Counted from the first letter of the stretch, positions 37,839 through 47,147 are shown. The stretch is 64,000 bases of DNA from an uncultured delta proteobacterium (GCA_963794325.1 CAWCDG010000004.1:1703972-1767971), one strand, 5' to 3'. The notes: generated by a model not told the origin, from the letters alone. Numbers and translations: made by a program.

Positions 37839-38774
37839 CTAGACGTTTGATATGAGTTCAGCAAACGGATCGTCGTCGTGACGCCGATTGTGCCGATACG
37901 TGAACTCCGACAGATAAAGCGGTAAGTAGTCTTTCGATACTTTATGATAGCTGCCCATGATGCCGCGCCGGAGCAACGACCAGAACGATTCAATCGTCTG
38001 CGTATGCACACGACCGCGCACGTACTCATCGTTCTTGTGCGTAACGAAATCGTGCTTGAAGCCCATCCGATCCAGATTCCGGTAACGGAAGCTCTCATCA
38101 GTCGCGATCAGATCGACCTTACTCGAAACCGTCTTTTTGACGAAATCATCATACGTTCGGAAATCGGCATCTTCGACCATCTGGCAGACTACGTTGCCTT
38201 TGCGGGCAATGGCTCCGATGACTTCGGTCTTTCCGACAGGGCCGCGCCGATTGGCGCGTTGGCTCTTGTGCTTGTTGCGCTCCAAGCCGCCAAGGTAAAC
38301 CTCATCGATCTCGACCACGCCCATCAGTTGTTCCCACTGCGAATCTTTCATCGCGGCGCGCAGTCTCATGCACTGATACCAAGTCGTGTGATAGTTGTTC
38401 AGGTGCTTCGAGCCGTACATCATCCGGTGAAGCTGGAGCGCACTGATTCCCTTCTTCGACGTGAGCATCAAGTATCCGATTTTGAACCACGATTTGAGCG
38501 GGCGTTTCGTGTTCTCAAAAATCGTGTGCGTGATCACGCTGAACCTGTAGCCGTTCTGCTTGCCGCACGTGAGCACTTCGCCAGTCTCTTTGTTGACCGA
38601 CTCTTTGCCGCTCTTGCAGACCCAATTGAATGGACGCGCCTTGAGTTCGTAAACCTTTTCGTTCCCGCATCGCGGACAGGTAACCTTGCCATCCGGCCAG
38701 CGCATATCCTTGACGTACTGGCGACAAGCTTCTTCGGTCGGGAACCGTTGATCGAAAGCATCTAGCGTTTGCAT
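37839..38774 (-). CDS. IS1595-family transposase (ISXO2-like DDE transposase with N-terminal zinc ribbon)
   Basis: N-terminal CPRCGN...C zinc ribbon and a DDE_Tnp_IS1595 core (VEIDEVYLGG ... IATDESFRY ... HTQTIESFWSLLRRGIMGSYHKVSKDYLPLYLSEFTYRHNRR). Confidence 0.9.
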   Translation of the reverse strand: MQTLDAFDQRFPTEEACRQYVKDMRWPDGKVTCPRCGNEKVYELKARPFNWVCKSGKESVNKETGEVLTCGKQNGYRFSVITHTIFENTKRPLKSWFKIGYLMLTSKKGISALQLHRMMYGSKHLNNYHTTWYQCMRLRAAMKDSQWEQLMGVVEIDEVYLGGLERNKHKSQRANRRGPVGKTEVIGAIARKGNVVCQMVEDADFRTYDDFVKKTVSSKVDLIATDESFRYRNLDRMGFKHDFVTHKNDEYVRGRVHTQTIESFWSLLRRGIMGSYHKVSKDYLPLYLSEFTYRHNRRHDDDPFAELISNV

Positions 38775-38827
38775 ACTGATCAGAATAGCGGATTAGCGAG
38801 TCGGTGTCAACAGCCTACTAATCCCCG

Positions 38828-38855
38828 ATTCGTGTTTCGTTCTCCTGAACTTTAT
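38828..38855. repeat. 28-bp direct repeat (right copy) flanking the transposon-like unit
   Basis: attcgtgtttcgttctcctgaactttat is identical to 36017-36044. Confidence 0.7.
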
Positions 38856-38858
38856 TGC

Positions 38859-38886
38859 CAAAAACGTTTCACGTGAAACGTTTTTG
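38859..38886. repeat. Perfect 28-bp palindrome CAAAAACGTTTCACGTGAAACGTTTTTG
   Basis: Self-complementary with a CACGTG core. A second copy of the 24-bp core lies 135 bp away. Confidence 0.7.
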
Positions 38887-38995
38887 CACAAAAAGCGAAC
38901 AAAATCAGGCGCTTGTGAAATCTGAAACCCGGGAATCGCACCAATTTAATGTGACGATCGGTCGGCGCCGATCAACTCGATGTTATCGGCGTCCG

Positions 38996-39019
38996 AAAAC
39001 GTTTCACGTGAAACGTTTT
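38996..39019. repeat. Second copy of the perfect palindrome AAAACGTTTCACGTGAAACGTTTT
   Basis: Identical 24-bp core, 20 nt downstream of the oppC stop. Confidence 0.7.
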
Positions 39020-39038
39020 GCTCCTGGACGCCGGTTAA

Positions 39039-40122
39039 TCAGGTGGCGTTAGCGGGGTCCAGGCGGTCTCTTAGGTGGTCGCCCAGGAAGTTAAACGACA
39101 TTACGGCCAGGAAGATGAAGATTCCCGGGATTAAGATCCAGGGGTAGCGGGCCAGGTTTTGGACGTCCTGGGCTTGGGCCAGGAGGTTGCCCCAGCTGGC
39201 GGCGGGTTCCTGGATGCCGAGGCCCAACAGCGACAGGGCGCTTTCGCCTAAGATGAAGCCGGGGATTGAGAGGGTGGCGGCGACGATTGCGTAGCCCATC
39301 ACCGACGGGATGATGTGGCGGGTGATGATGCGCCATCGCGAGGCGCCGAGCGCGCGGGCTGCTTCGACGTACGGCCGCGAGCGCACCGAGGACGCCATCC
39401 CGCGGATGATTCGCGCGAAGCCGGCCCAACTGATGAAGCTCATGATCGCGACGATCATGAAAAACGTCGCGACCGCGCCAAGTCCCGACGGAATCACCGC
39501 CGCGAGCGCCAGTAAAAAATAGAATGACGGCAGCGACATCTCGATTTCGGACCATCGCATGATCAGGAAATCGACTGTGCCGCCGATGTATCCCGACAGC
39601 GCGCCGACCGTGATGCCCAGTGAAAAAGTGATCAGCACGCCGATCAGCCCGACGCACATGCTCACGCGCGAGCCGTAAACGATTCGCGACCAAAGGTCGC
39701 GGCCCAAGGCCGTCGCTGCCGAGCATGAAGTACGGCACGCGCTCGCTGTCAGTGGTGAACAGGTGCCAGTGCGAGAACAGGTGGATGTCGAGCCGCTGCG
39801 AATTGTCGGCGGCGAAGGTGCGCGCACTGCTGTCCTGCATATGCATCGGATGCGTATAGAAAATACTGCGCGACCATTCGGACGGCGCGCTCAGGTGAAG
39901 CGACATCGGCGGACAATCGGGCATCTCGCGATTCTGATACGCGGGATCGTAGCTCGCGAAGAACGGCGACGCAGCGGCGAGCAGGTAGAATACGGCGAGG
40001 CAGATTGCGGAAAAGCGCACCGTCCGCGACGCGAGACGCCACTCGCGCGCGATGCTCAATGTTCTCGGCGCGGATACCTCAGCGCCTTGTAGATTTGCCT
40101 GCAATGCGGGAACGGCGTTCAT
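39039..40122 (-). pseudogene. Oligopeptide/dipeptide ABC transporter permease (OppC/DppC-like) with a single-base frameshift near 39700
   Basis: The N-terminal part is in ORF 39091..40122 and the C-terminal part in ORF 39039..39827. The conserved GSDGLGRDLWSRIVYGSRVS motif is split by one extra base in a gggcc run. This may be a real pseudogene or a homopolymer sequencing indel. Confidence 0.7.
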
Positions 40123-40123
40123 A

Positions 40124-41104
40124 TCATTCGGCCGCCACCGACGAAAAATCGACGCGCGGATCGACCGCGACCAGCGCGATGTCGGCGAGCAGGTTGCCGA
40201 CCAGCAGCAGGATCGTGCCCATCAGCACCGATCCCATGACCAGGTAGATGTCGAGCGAGCGGACCGCGTCGAGCATCAAGAGCCCGAGCCCCTGCAGGTT
40301 CATCACGGCCTCGACCAGGGCGGCGCCGCCGAGCAGGTCGCCCAGCGAGTATCCCGCCATCGTGACGAACGGGTTCATCGCGTTGCGCAGCACGTGCTTG
40401 TAGATCACGACGCGCTCGGAAAGTCCCTTGGCGCGCGCGGTGCGCACGAATTCGGAATTTTTAATTTCGAGAATCTGCGATCGCATCAGGCGCATCAGTC
40501 CGGCGGTTCCCGAAATGCCCAGCACCAACACGGGCAGTATGAGATGGTTGATGCGATCGGCGACCTGGTTCAGCGGAGAGAGCGTCGCATAGTCGGGCGA
40601 GTAAGTGCCGCCGATTGGAAACCATCCGGTCTCCAGCGCGAAGTACATCGTGAGGAAGGCGAGAAAGAAACTCGGCACCGACATCCCGAAGAACGCGAGG
40701 AAGGACAGAAAGCGATCCCAGATCGAGTTCTGATTCACCGCGACGATAATTCCGATCGGTATCGCGATCAGCCACGATAAAAGCATGCTGCTCGCCGCCA
40801 GGATGATCGTGTTGAAGGCGCGCGACGCGATAAGGCCGGTGACGCTCACCCGGTACTGCAGCGAGAAGCCGAAATTGAGATGCAGCACGCCCCACAGCCA
40901 CTTGAAGTATCGGACCATCAGGGGCTGGTCGAGCCCGAACTGCGCTTCGAGCTGATGAATCACTTCGGGCGTCATAGTCGGGTTGAGCTTGAGATTGGAG
41001 ACGAAGTCGCCCGGCACCATCGACATCGCAAGAAACGAAATGAAGGTGATCCCGAGAATCAGCGGGATCATATTGAGCAGGCGACGGATCAGGAAGCGGG
41101 TCAT
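40124..41104 (-). CDS. Oligopeptide/dipeptide ABC transporter permease (OppB/DppB-like)
   Basis: MTRFLIRRLLNMIPLILGITFISF N-terminus. Typical 6-TM permease with the EAA-like region TARAKGLSERVVIYKHVLRNA. Confidence 0.9.
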   Translation of the reverse strand: MTRFLIRRLLNMIPLILGITFISFLAMSMVPGDFVSNLKLNPTMTPEVIHQLEAQFGLDQPLMVRYFKWLWGVLHLNFGFSLQYRVSVTGLIASRAFNTIILAASSMLLSWLIAIPIGIIVAVNQNSIWDRFLSFLAFFGMSVPSFFLAFLTMYFALETGWFPIGGTYSPDYATLSPLNQVADRINHLILPVLVLGISGTAGLMRLMRSQILEIKNSEFVRTARAKGLSERVVIYKHVLRNAMNPFVTMAGYSLGDLLGGAALVEAVMNLQGLGLLMLDAVRSLDIYLVMGSVLMGTILLLVGNLLADIALVAVDPRVDFSSVAAE

Positions 41105-41158
41105 CGTGTCATCGGGGTGTCGGGCCTGATATTTCGACGTGGGTGATGCGCGGGATGT

Positions 41159-42907
41159 TCAGTCGGCCTTGAATTCCATCCACTCCGGTTTGTAGAGGCC
41201 CCAAACTTTCGGTTGATAGTTTTCGAGAGAGTTTTTCCACGAGGCATAGCGCTGCCCGCGCACAGTTTCGATTATCGGCAGCTGGTCGTGCAGAATTTGC
41301 TGGATTTTCCAGTAGTACGGCGCGCGCTTGTTGGGATCCATCTCGGACGCTCCCTGGTCGAGCAGCGTGTCGATCTCGGCTTCCCACGGCGTGGCCGGCG
41401 TCGGCTGATTGGGATTCCAGATATGAAGATTGCCCGACGAGCGATAGAAATTCGCGCCATCGTTCGGCTCGACGCCGCCGGTGAATCCCATCAGTATGCA
41501 ATCCCAATCGAACGATGAATCGAGCTTATCCACCAGCGTGGTGAACTCGAGCGGCCGATAGTTCACCTTGATGCCGAGGCGCTCGAGGTCCTGTTTGAAG
41601 ATGGTGCACATCTCGTTGCGCTCGGGGTTGCCGGTGTTGGTAGTGAGATCGAATTCGAGGCGATTGCCTTTCGGATCGGTTCGCACGCCGGGTTTGACCA
41701 GATGATAACCGGCGCCTTCGAGCATGTCGGCGGCGAGTTTCGGATCGTACTCGTAGTCCTTCAGATTCGGATTGGAGAAAATTTTGTTCTCGGGAGAGAT
41801 ATCCGCGACCGCCGACTCCGCGAGACCATGAAAGACAAGATCGATCATCGATTTCTTATCGACCATGTGCGCCATCGCCTGCAGGAACTTCAGATCGGTA
41901 AACCAGGTGAGCTTCGGATTAGTGACTCCGCCTTTTACGAAACGCCGCGGATTGCGATTGAAGCTGAAGAAGAGCGTGCCGGTATCGACGCCCATTTTCT
42001 GAATCGAGATGTCGAGTTCGTGATTCTTCGCCTTCTGCTCCAGCGGATAGACCTCCTCAGCTCGTGGACTGTAAACGTCGATTTGTCCGGATAGATAGCG
42101 CAGATACTCAGCGTTCGCGTCGGGCACGATTGTGAAGTTCTGCCCGTGCAGGCGCGGCAACTGGCCGCCATGCTCGTCTTTCATCCAGAAGCTGTCGTTG
42201 CGCACGTAATTGACCACCTGGCTTTGCGAGTAACGCACCATCTTGTAAATCCCGTTGCCGATAATCTGGCCGGGCGGTGTGTTGATACCCCAGGCGTGGT
42301 TGAAATCGCCGGCTTTCCAAACTGGCTCGAGGATATGGGCTGGAAGGACTTGCAGACCCTCCAGCGCAGCGATCAGCGGCGCAAAGGGCTTGGGCAGATG
42401 CAGCACTACGGTGTAATCGTCAGGTGCCTCGGCTTCGATTCGCTTTTTGTCGACCAGAAGCACCGGACGCGAGCTGTTCGGCACCTTAGGATCGTAGATA
42501 ACGTCCAGCGTGAACAATACGTCGTGTGCGGTGAAAGGCTGCCCATCAAACCACTTCACGTCCCGGCGCAGATGAAGCGTGATCGACTTGTTATCGGGCG
42601 CGAGGTCCCATTTCTCGGCCAAGCGAGGTTCCGGAAGAGTCGTGACGGGATTGAGTTGGAGCAGCGTTTCGAACAGGTCGCCGGTGAGCTGACCCGAGCT
42701 GGCATCGGTGATCAGAATCGGATTGAAGGTGCGCGGATCGCTGCCGATAACGGTGTAGAGGATTTGTTCCTTTTCGTGTTCGTTGCCGGGACGATTCACG
42801 CGGCATCCGGAGAAGATCGCGATCGAGAGCAGCGCGATCACGCAGGTGACGGCCGGTAAAATTCGCTCGTGCCGGTTATCAGCTTTTGTTTGGAAACGGG
42901 CTGCCAT
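41159..42907 (-). CDS. ABC transporter substrate-binding protein, family 5 (OppA/DppA-like)
   Basis: 582 aa. Signal or lipoprotein N-terminus and SBP_bac_5-like layout. Sits directly upstream of the permease genes. Confidence 0.85.
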   Translation of the reverse strand: MAARFQTKADNRHERILPAVTCVIALLSIAIFSGCRVNRPGNEHEKEQILYTVIGSDPRTFNPILITDASSGQLTGDLFETLLQLNPVTTLPEPRLAEKWDLAPDNKSITLHLRRDVKWFDGQPFTAHDVLFTLDVIYDPKVPNSSRPVLLVDKKRIEAEAPDDYTVVLHLPKPFAPLIAALEGLQVLPAHILEPVWKAGDFNHAWGINTPPGQIIGNGIYKMVRYSQSQVVNYVRNDSFWMKDEHGGQLPRLHGQNFTIVPDANAEYLRYLSGQIDVYSPRAEEVYPLEQKAKNHELDISIQKMGVDTGTLFFSFNRNPRRFVKGGVTNPKLTWFTDLKFLQAMAHMVDKKSMIDLVFHGLAESAVADISPENKIFSNPNLKDYEYDPKLAADMLEGAGYHLVKPGVRTDPKGNRLEFDLTTNTGNPERNEMCTIFKQDLERLGIKVNYRPLEFTTLVDKLDSSFDWDCILMGFTGGVEPNDGANFYRSSGNLHIWNPNQPTPATPWEAEIDTLLDQGASEMDPNKRAPYYWKIQQILHDQLPIIETVRGQRYASWKNSLENYQPKVWGLYKPEWMEFKAD

Positions 42908-43766
42908 CGTCGAGGCTCAAGTTTATTACATTGGCTCCTGGAGCCGGGGTCAACACGAAAGTCGAATCGGGGATGACGCCATTGACGATCGGCCGGAGAT
43001 AGCGAAAGGTCACGCGGCTGCCGGCCTCTGGAAAAGTCGCATCGACGACGTACGGGAAGGTCACTCCGCCGATATCATGATAGTCGCTGTACCGCACTTC
43101 GTAACTGACGCGGCCGTCGGCGCCCGTCTCGCGCACCATCGCGAGATTGCCGTCGGTGAATCCAAGCTCGCGAGTTCCCGCCGAGCTGTTGCCGTACGTC
43201 GCGATAATCATATCGCCGTCTTTCGATACCAGATCCGGAGGTGTGCTTAGCGGGAAATCAGGCGGCGCGAGGCCCATCAGCAGGCCGACGGCGTCAGTGG
43301 GCGCCATCGGGATTCGCACATATTTGTAGAGCGTGTCGGCGTTCGCCTGCCCGCGCATGAAGCGATTCTGCGCGGGCTCGAAGATGGCGAGGTCCGTGCC
43401 CTGCGCTGCGAGCAACAATGCGACGCCGAACGGCGACATCGCCTCGACGCGGAGATTACCCGGCCGCTTGGCGACGATTTCCTCTTTCGCCTTCACATGC
43501 TGAGTGCCCGCCGTATATTCCATCACGGCAGGACTCTGCACGCACGCGAGTTTTCGGTCGCGATCTACCAGCGCCGCCGTCATTTTCCCGGCCTGGTATT
43601 TGTCCTCGGTCCAGCCCGGGATTGGCGTCGCGTCATCCGGAACGGCGGGAGTGTGAATGATGATGCAGGCGGACGTTCCAACCATCGCCAGCAGCAGCAT
43701 GGATGCGACCGCCAGCGAGATTGTTTTTCGGCGCCGGGCGCGTTCAGTGGCCCGCGCTGGCGGCAT
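42879..43766 (-). CDS. Hypothetical lipoprotein (possibly DUF4292/LolB-like)
   Basis: ORF 42879..43892; likely start at the ATG at 43766 (MPPARA...). Lipobox LAMVGTSAC. Family assignment is weak. Confidence 0.4.
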   Translation of the reverse strand: MPPARATERARRRKTISLAVASMLLLAMVGTSACIIIHTPAVPDDATPIPGWTEDKYQAGKMTAALVDRDRKLACVQSPAVMEYTAGTQHVKAKEEIVAKRPGNLRVEAMSPFGVALLLAAQGTDLAIFEPAQNRFMRGQANADTLYKYVRIPMAPTDAVGLLMGLAPPDFPLSTPPDLVSKDGDMIIATYGNSSAGTRELGFTDGNLAMVRETGADGRVSYEVRYSDYHDIGGVTFPYVVDATFPEAGSRVTFRYLRPIVNGVIPDSTFVLTPAPGANVINLSLDDGSPFPNKS

Positions 43767-45513
43767 TCTGCAGAACCTGAATCTTGTCCTTGAGTCGAGC
43801 GACCTGGTCGGTCTCCTGCGCCTTCTTGAGCGCGTCGGTGTACTCGTGGCCCGCTTCCTTGGTTTTGCCCAGCTTCCGATAGGCGTCGCCAAGATGCTCG
43901 GTAATCGTCGGATCGCTGCCGGTCAGGTTGACCGCTCGCTCCAACTGCTCGACTGCTTTTTTGTAATCGCCCTTCTGATAGTAAACCCATCCGAGGCTGT
44001 CGACGTAAAATCCGTCTTCGGGTTCGATATCGAGCGCGCGCTTGATGAGCTTTTCGGCCTCGACCAGATTTACGCCCTGCTCGGCGTAACTGTAGCCGAG
44101 GTAGTTCAGCGCCTGCGCGTTGGCGGGATTCAGCTCGATGGCCTTCTTCATCTCGGCCATGCCCTCATCGCGCTGCTTGTTCTGATCGAGCGCGGCGCCG
44201 AGCGTGAAGTGGAACTTGTCACTCTTGGGATCGGCCGCGACCATCTTGCGCGCGAGCTCGATCGCCGCCGGGTAATCTTTCTTTTCCTGATAAACGCCGA
44301 CCATGAAGCCGATGATTTCCGGATCGTTGGGCTTCTTGGCGAGCGCGTCCTTCAACGCTCCCAGCGCCTCATCGTATTTGTTCTGCTTGTCGTACAGGTA
44401 CGCGAGCTGGAGGCGCGACTCGATGTAGTGCTCGTTGTCGGTGGGAATCTTGTTGAACTCGGCGATCGCCTTGTCGCTCTCGGACAGCTCCGTGTATACG
44501 GTGCCGAGGTAGTAGTGGACTCGATAATTCTTCGGCTCTGATCCGAGCACGAGGTTGAACTCGGTCGCGGCGTCGTCGAAATTTCCCTGCTCGACGTACA
44601 GCAGGCCAATCTTGGTGCGGGTGTCGGCGGGATTGGTCTCGACCTGCTCGGCGCGCTTCAGCTCGTCGAGCGCTTCGTTGTATTTCTTCTGGCCGACGAG
44701 GATTTCGGCCTTGCGCTTGCGGACCAGCTCGTTGTTCGGATTGATTTGAGTGATCTTGTTGTAATAGACCAGCGCATCCTGCGGGCGTTCCTGCCGTTCG
44801 CGAAGCAGCGCAAAATCAAGCAGCACCAGCTCCGACTGCGGATTGAGGTCGAGCGCTTTCTGATACTCTTTTTCGGCGCCAGCGTAATCCTTCGACGCCA
44901 CCATCACCTTGCCGGCGTAGTAGTAGCCAAGGAATGACGTGGGATCGAGCTTGATCAGCTCTTCGAAGGTCTTCTCGGCTTCGGGGTAGTCGCCGCGCTT
45001 GGCGTATAGAGTTCCGAGATAGAGGTAGGCTTCCTGATTCTTGGGATTGAGGCGCAGCACCTCGCGGTAATCTTTTTCCGCCGTCGTATCGTCGCCGAGC
45101 GCCGAACTGATTCCCGCGCCGAGCAGACGCGCGTCGGCCGAGTCGGGATTGATCGCGAGCGCCTGGTTTACCTGCTCGAGGGCCTCCTTCAGCCGTCCGT
45201 CGCGGACGTAGAGCTTGGCGAGCTGGACCTTCAGCGCGGCGTTGCCGGGATCGTACTGGACCGCCTCGGCGTAGTCCTTCATCGCTTCTTCGCGGTCGCC
45301 GTCATTGGTGGCGACCTCGGCCCGCAGGAACGCGCTCATCGCGCGCGCATCCGATGGCACGTCGACCGCCGGCGCTCCGCCGAAGGGATTGTCGCCGCCG
45401 ACGCTGGCGCTGCGGAGCAGTTCAGGCTTGGTACGAGTGACCGAGGTGCAGCCGATAAACGCTAAGGATACGACGCCTAGCGCGATGGCCGCGCGTGTTC
45501 TGAAACATATCAT
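43744..45513 (-). CDS. TPR-repeat lipoprotein
   Basis: About 15 tandem TPR units (AxxxYxxAlxxxP pattern). Probable lipoprotein start MICFRTRAAIALGVVSLAFIGCTS. Confidence 0.8.
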   Translation of the reverse strand: MICFRTRAAIALGVVSLAFIGCTSVTRTKPELLRSASVGGDNPFGGAPAVDVPSDARAMSAFLRAEVATNDGDREEAMKDYAEAVQYDPGNAALKVQLAKLYVRDGRLKEALEQVNQALAINPDSADARLLGAGISSALGDDTTAEKDYREVLRLNPKNQEAYLYLGTLYAKRGDYPEAEKTFEELIKLDPTSFLGYYYAGKVMVASKDYAGAEKEYQKALDLNPQSELVLLDFALLRERQERPQDALVYYNKITQINPNNELVRKRKAEILVGQKKYNEALDELKRAEQVETNPADTRTKIGLLYVEQGNFDDAATEFNLVLGSEPKNYRVHYYLGTVYTELSESDKAIAEFNKIPTDNEHYIESRLQLAYLYDKQNKYDEALGALKDALAKKPNDPEIIGFMVGVYQEKKDYPAAIELARKMVAADPKSDKFHFTLGAALDQNKQRDEGMAEMKKAIELNPANAQALNYLGYSYAEQGVNLVEAEKLIKRALDIEPEDGFYVDSLGWVYYQKGDYKKAVEQLERAVNLTGSDPTITEHLGDAYRKLGKTKEAGHEYTDALKKAQETDQVARLKDKIQVLQNAASAGH

Positions 45514-45746
45514 CGCTAAAAAAGATTCCCGGGAGAGCTTCTCAATTGACGCTCGTACCAACACTACTATAACGATCGTGAGCGCAAAGGTGTACCGCAT
45601 CCTCGAAACCGATCGGGACCGATGCGCTCTTAAATACACTACAAGATTTCCGCCACCGGATGCGACCGCGCAAGCCTCTTTTGATTTTCCCGATGCTTGC
45701 CACCGCCCATCGCCTCGGCTAGGCAGGAGCCGGAGCCGCCTCTCAA

Positions 45747-47147
45747 TTGCCGCATCTCACTACCGAAAATCCGCAACCAGCCGCCGTGCCGAGCGCGCCG
45801 GCGATCACTCTGCGTACTCCGCGCAAGCTCGGCCTGATCCCGCTGGCGTGCGTGATGTACCTGGTGGTGAGCGGGGGCGCGTACGGCCTCGAAGATGCGG
45901 TCAAGATGGCGGGTCCGCGCCTGACGCTCCTGCTATGCCTGGTCGTGCCGCTGACGCTCAGCATCCCGACCGCCCTGATGGCGGCTGAGCTGACGGCGCT
46001 GATGCCGGTCGAGGGCGGCTTCTACTTTTGGGTCAAGGAAGCGATTGGCCCGTTCGCGGGCTTCGCCGAGGCGTACCTGACAATTTTATACACCGCCTTC
46101 GACATGGCGATTTATCCGGTACTGTTTGCCAGCTATCTTTCGTTCATTGTGCCACTCGGCCCGATTGGGCAAATCGCGATCGGAGTGGCGCTGGTCTGGG
46201 CGGCGGGCGGACTGAATTTTCTCGGGGTCAGGCCGGTCGGGATGGCGTCGGTAATACTCGCCGCAATTCTCGTCTCGCCGTTCGCGATCCTGGTGATCGC
46301 CGGCCTCCCGCGGCTGGTTCATTTCACGATGCCGACGCCGCCGCTGTTCGGCACAGACCCGTGGGGTGCGCTCGCGGCCGGACTGACAGTCGTCATCTGG
46401 AATTTCAGCGGATGGGAAAATCTGAGCGTGGTGTCCGCGGAAATCGAAAATCCGCGGCGCAACTACCTGCGCGCGATTATGATCGCGATGCCGATAATCG
46501 TCGCCGGTTACGTTCTCCCGCTCGCGGTTTCCGTCTCGGGCGCGACCACCGCCGCCGATTGGGGCACCGGCTACTTCTCGCAAATCGGCAAACTGATCGG
46601 CGGTCCCGCACTCGGCGGCGCGCTGGCGATAGGCGGCGCCGTGATGTCATTCGCAGTGTTCGAAGCCGCGATGCTGTGGGTGTCGCGCATGCCGTTCGTC
46701 CTCGCGCGCGAGCGCTACCTGTCACCGCCGCTGGCACAACTGTGGTCCACGACTGCAACGCCGGGCAAATCGATCCTGCTCTGCTGCATCGTGTTCACGC
46801 TGCTGGTGCCAGTGGGATTCGTCGCGCTGGTAGTGCTCGACGTCTTCTTCTACATGGCAGCGCTGGCATTGGAGTTGTTCGCACTATTGAGACTGCGCAA
46901 ACTGATGCCTCATCGCACCGGCATGTTCACAATCGGCGGCGGCCGGGTCGGCCTCGCGATAGTCGTAACGCTCCCGATTCTAACGTGGGCCGCAACCTTC
47001 GGCTTGGCAATCTCAGCCGGCGTCGCAAAAAGAGATTTCATACTGGCGATCGCCCTCGGCGCCCTGGTCTGGCCCGCGTACCGGTTTTGTCAGCGCCACT
47101 ATGGCGGCCCGCCCGCAATCGATCCCGCACCCACGAGCATCAGTTGA
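45747..47147 (+). CDS. APC-family amino acid permease
   Basis: 12-TM layout and an N-terminal APC consensus region (LGLIPLACVMYLVVSGGAYGLEDAV). Confidence 0.8.
   Translation: MPHLTTENPQPAAVPSAPAITLRTPRKLGLIPLACVMYLVVSGGAYGLEDAVKMAGPRLTLLLCLVVPLTLSIPTALMAAELTALMPVEGGFYFWVKEAIGPFAGFAEAYLTILYTAFDMAIYPVLFASYLSFIVPLGPIGQIAIGVALVWAAGGLNFLGVRPVGMASVILAAILVSPFAILVIAGLPRLVHFTMPTPPLFGTDPWGALAAGLTVVIWNFSGWENLSVVSAEIENPRRNYLRAIMIAMPIIVAGYVLPLAVSVSGATTAADWGTGYFSQIGKLIGGPALGGALAIGGAVMSFAVFEAAMLWVSRMPFVLARERYLSPPLAQLWSTTATPGKSILLCCIVFTLLVPVGFVALVVLDVFFYMAALALELFALLRLRKLMPHRTGMFTIGGGRVGLAIVVTLPILTWAATFGLAISAGVAKRDFILAIALGALVWPAYRFCQRHYGGPPAIDPAPTSIS

Larger units (their letters stand above)
36045..38826. 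mobile_element. Transposon-like unit (2782 bp) with an IS1595-family transposase, 24-bp imperfect terminal inverted repeats and two cargo genes
   Basis: IR-L ggggattagtagtttgttgacacc (36045-36068) matches the reverse complement of IR-R ggtgtcaacagcctactaatcccc (38803-38826) at 22 of 24 positions. The interior holds the 281-aa ORF, the PIN ORF and the transposase. A 28-bp perfect direct repeat lies immediately outside both ends. GC content is well below that of the surrounding chromosome. Confidence 0.65.

Noticed and set aside
38855-39052. 65-aa ORF containing PKTFHVKRF twice
   Set aside because: The duplicated peptide is just the two copies of the perfect palindrome AAAACGTTTCACGTGAAACGTTTT read in frame. 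There is no independent coding evidence.
39091-40122. 343-aa minus-strand ORF treated as an independent gene
   Set aside because: Only its first ~140 codons are protein-like (the OppC N-terminal region). The remainder is the wrong frame after a single-base shift. It was merged with 39039..39827 as one frameshifted oppC.
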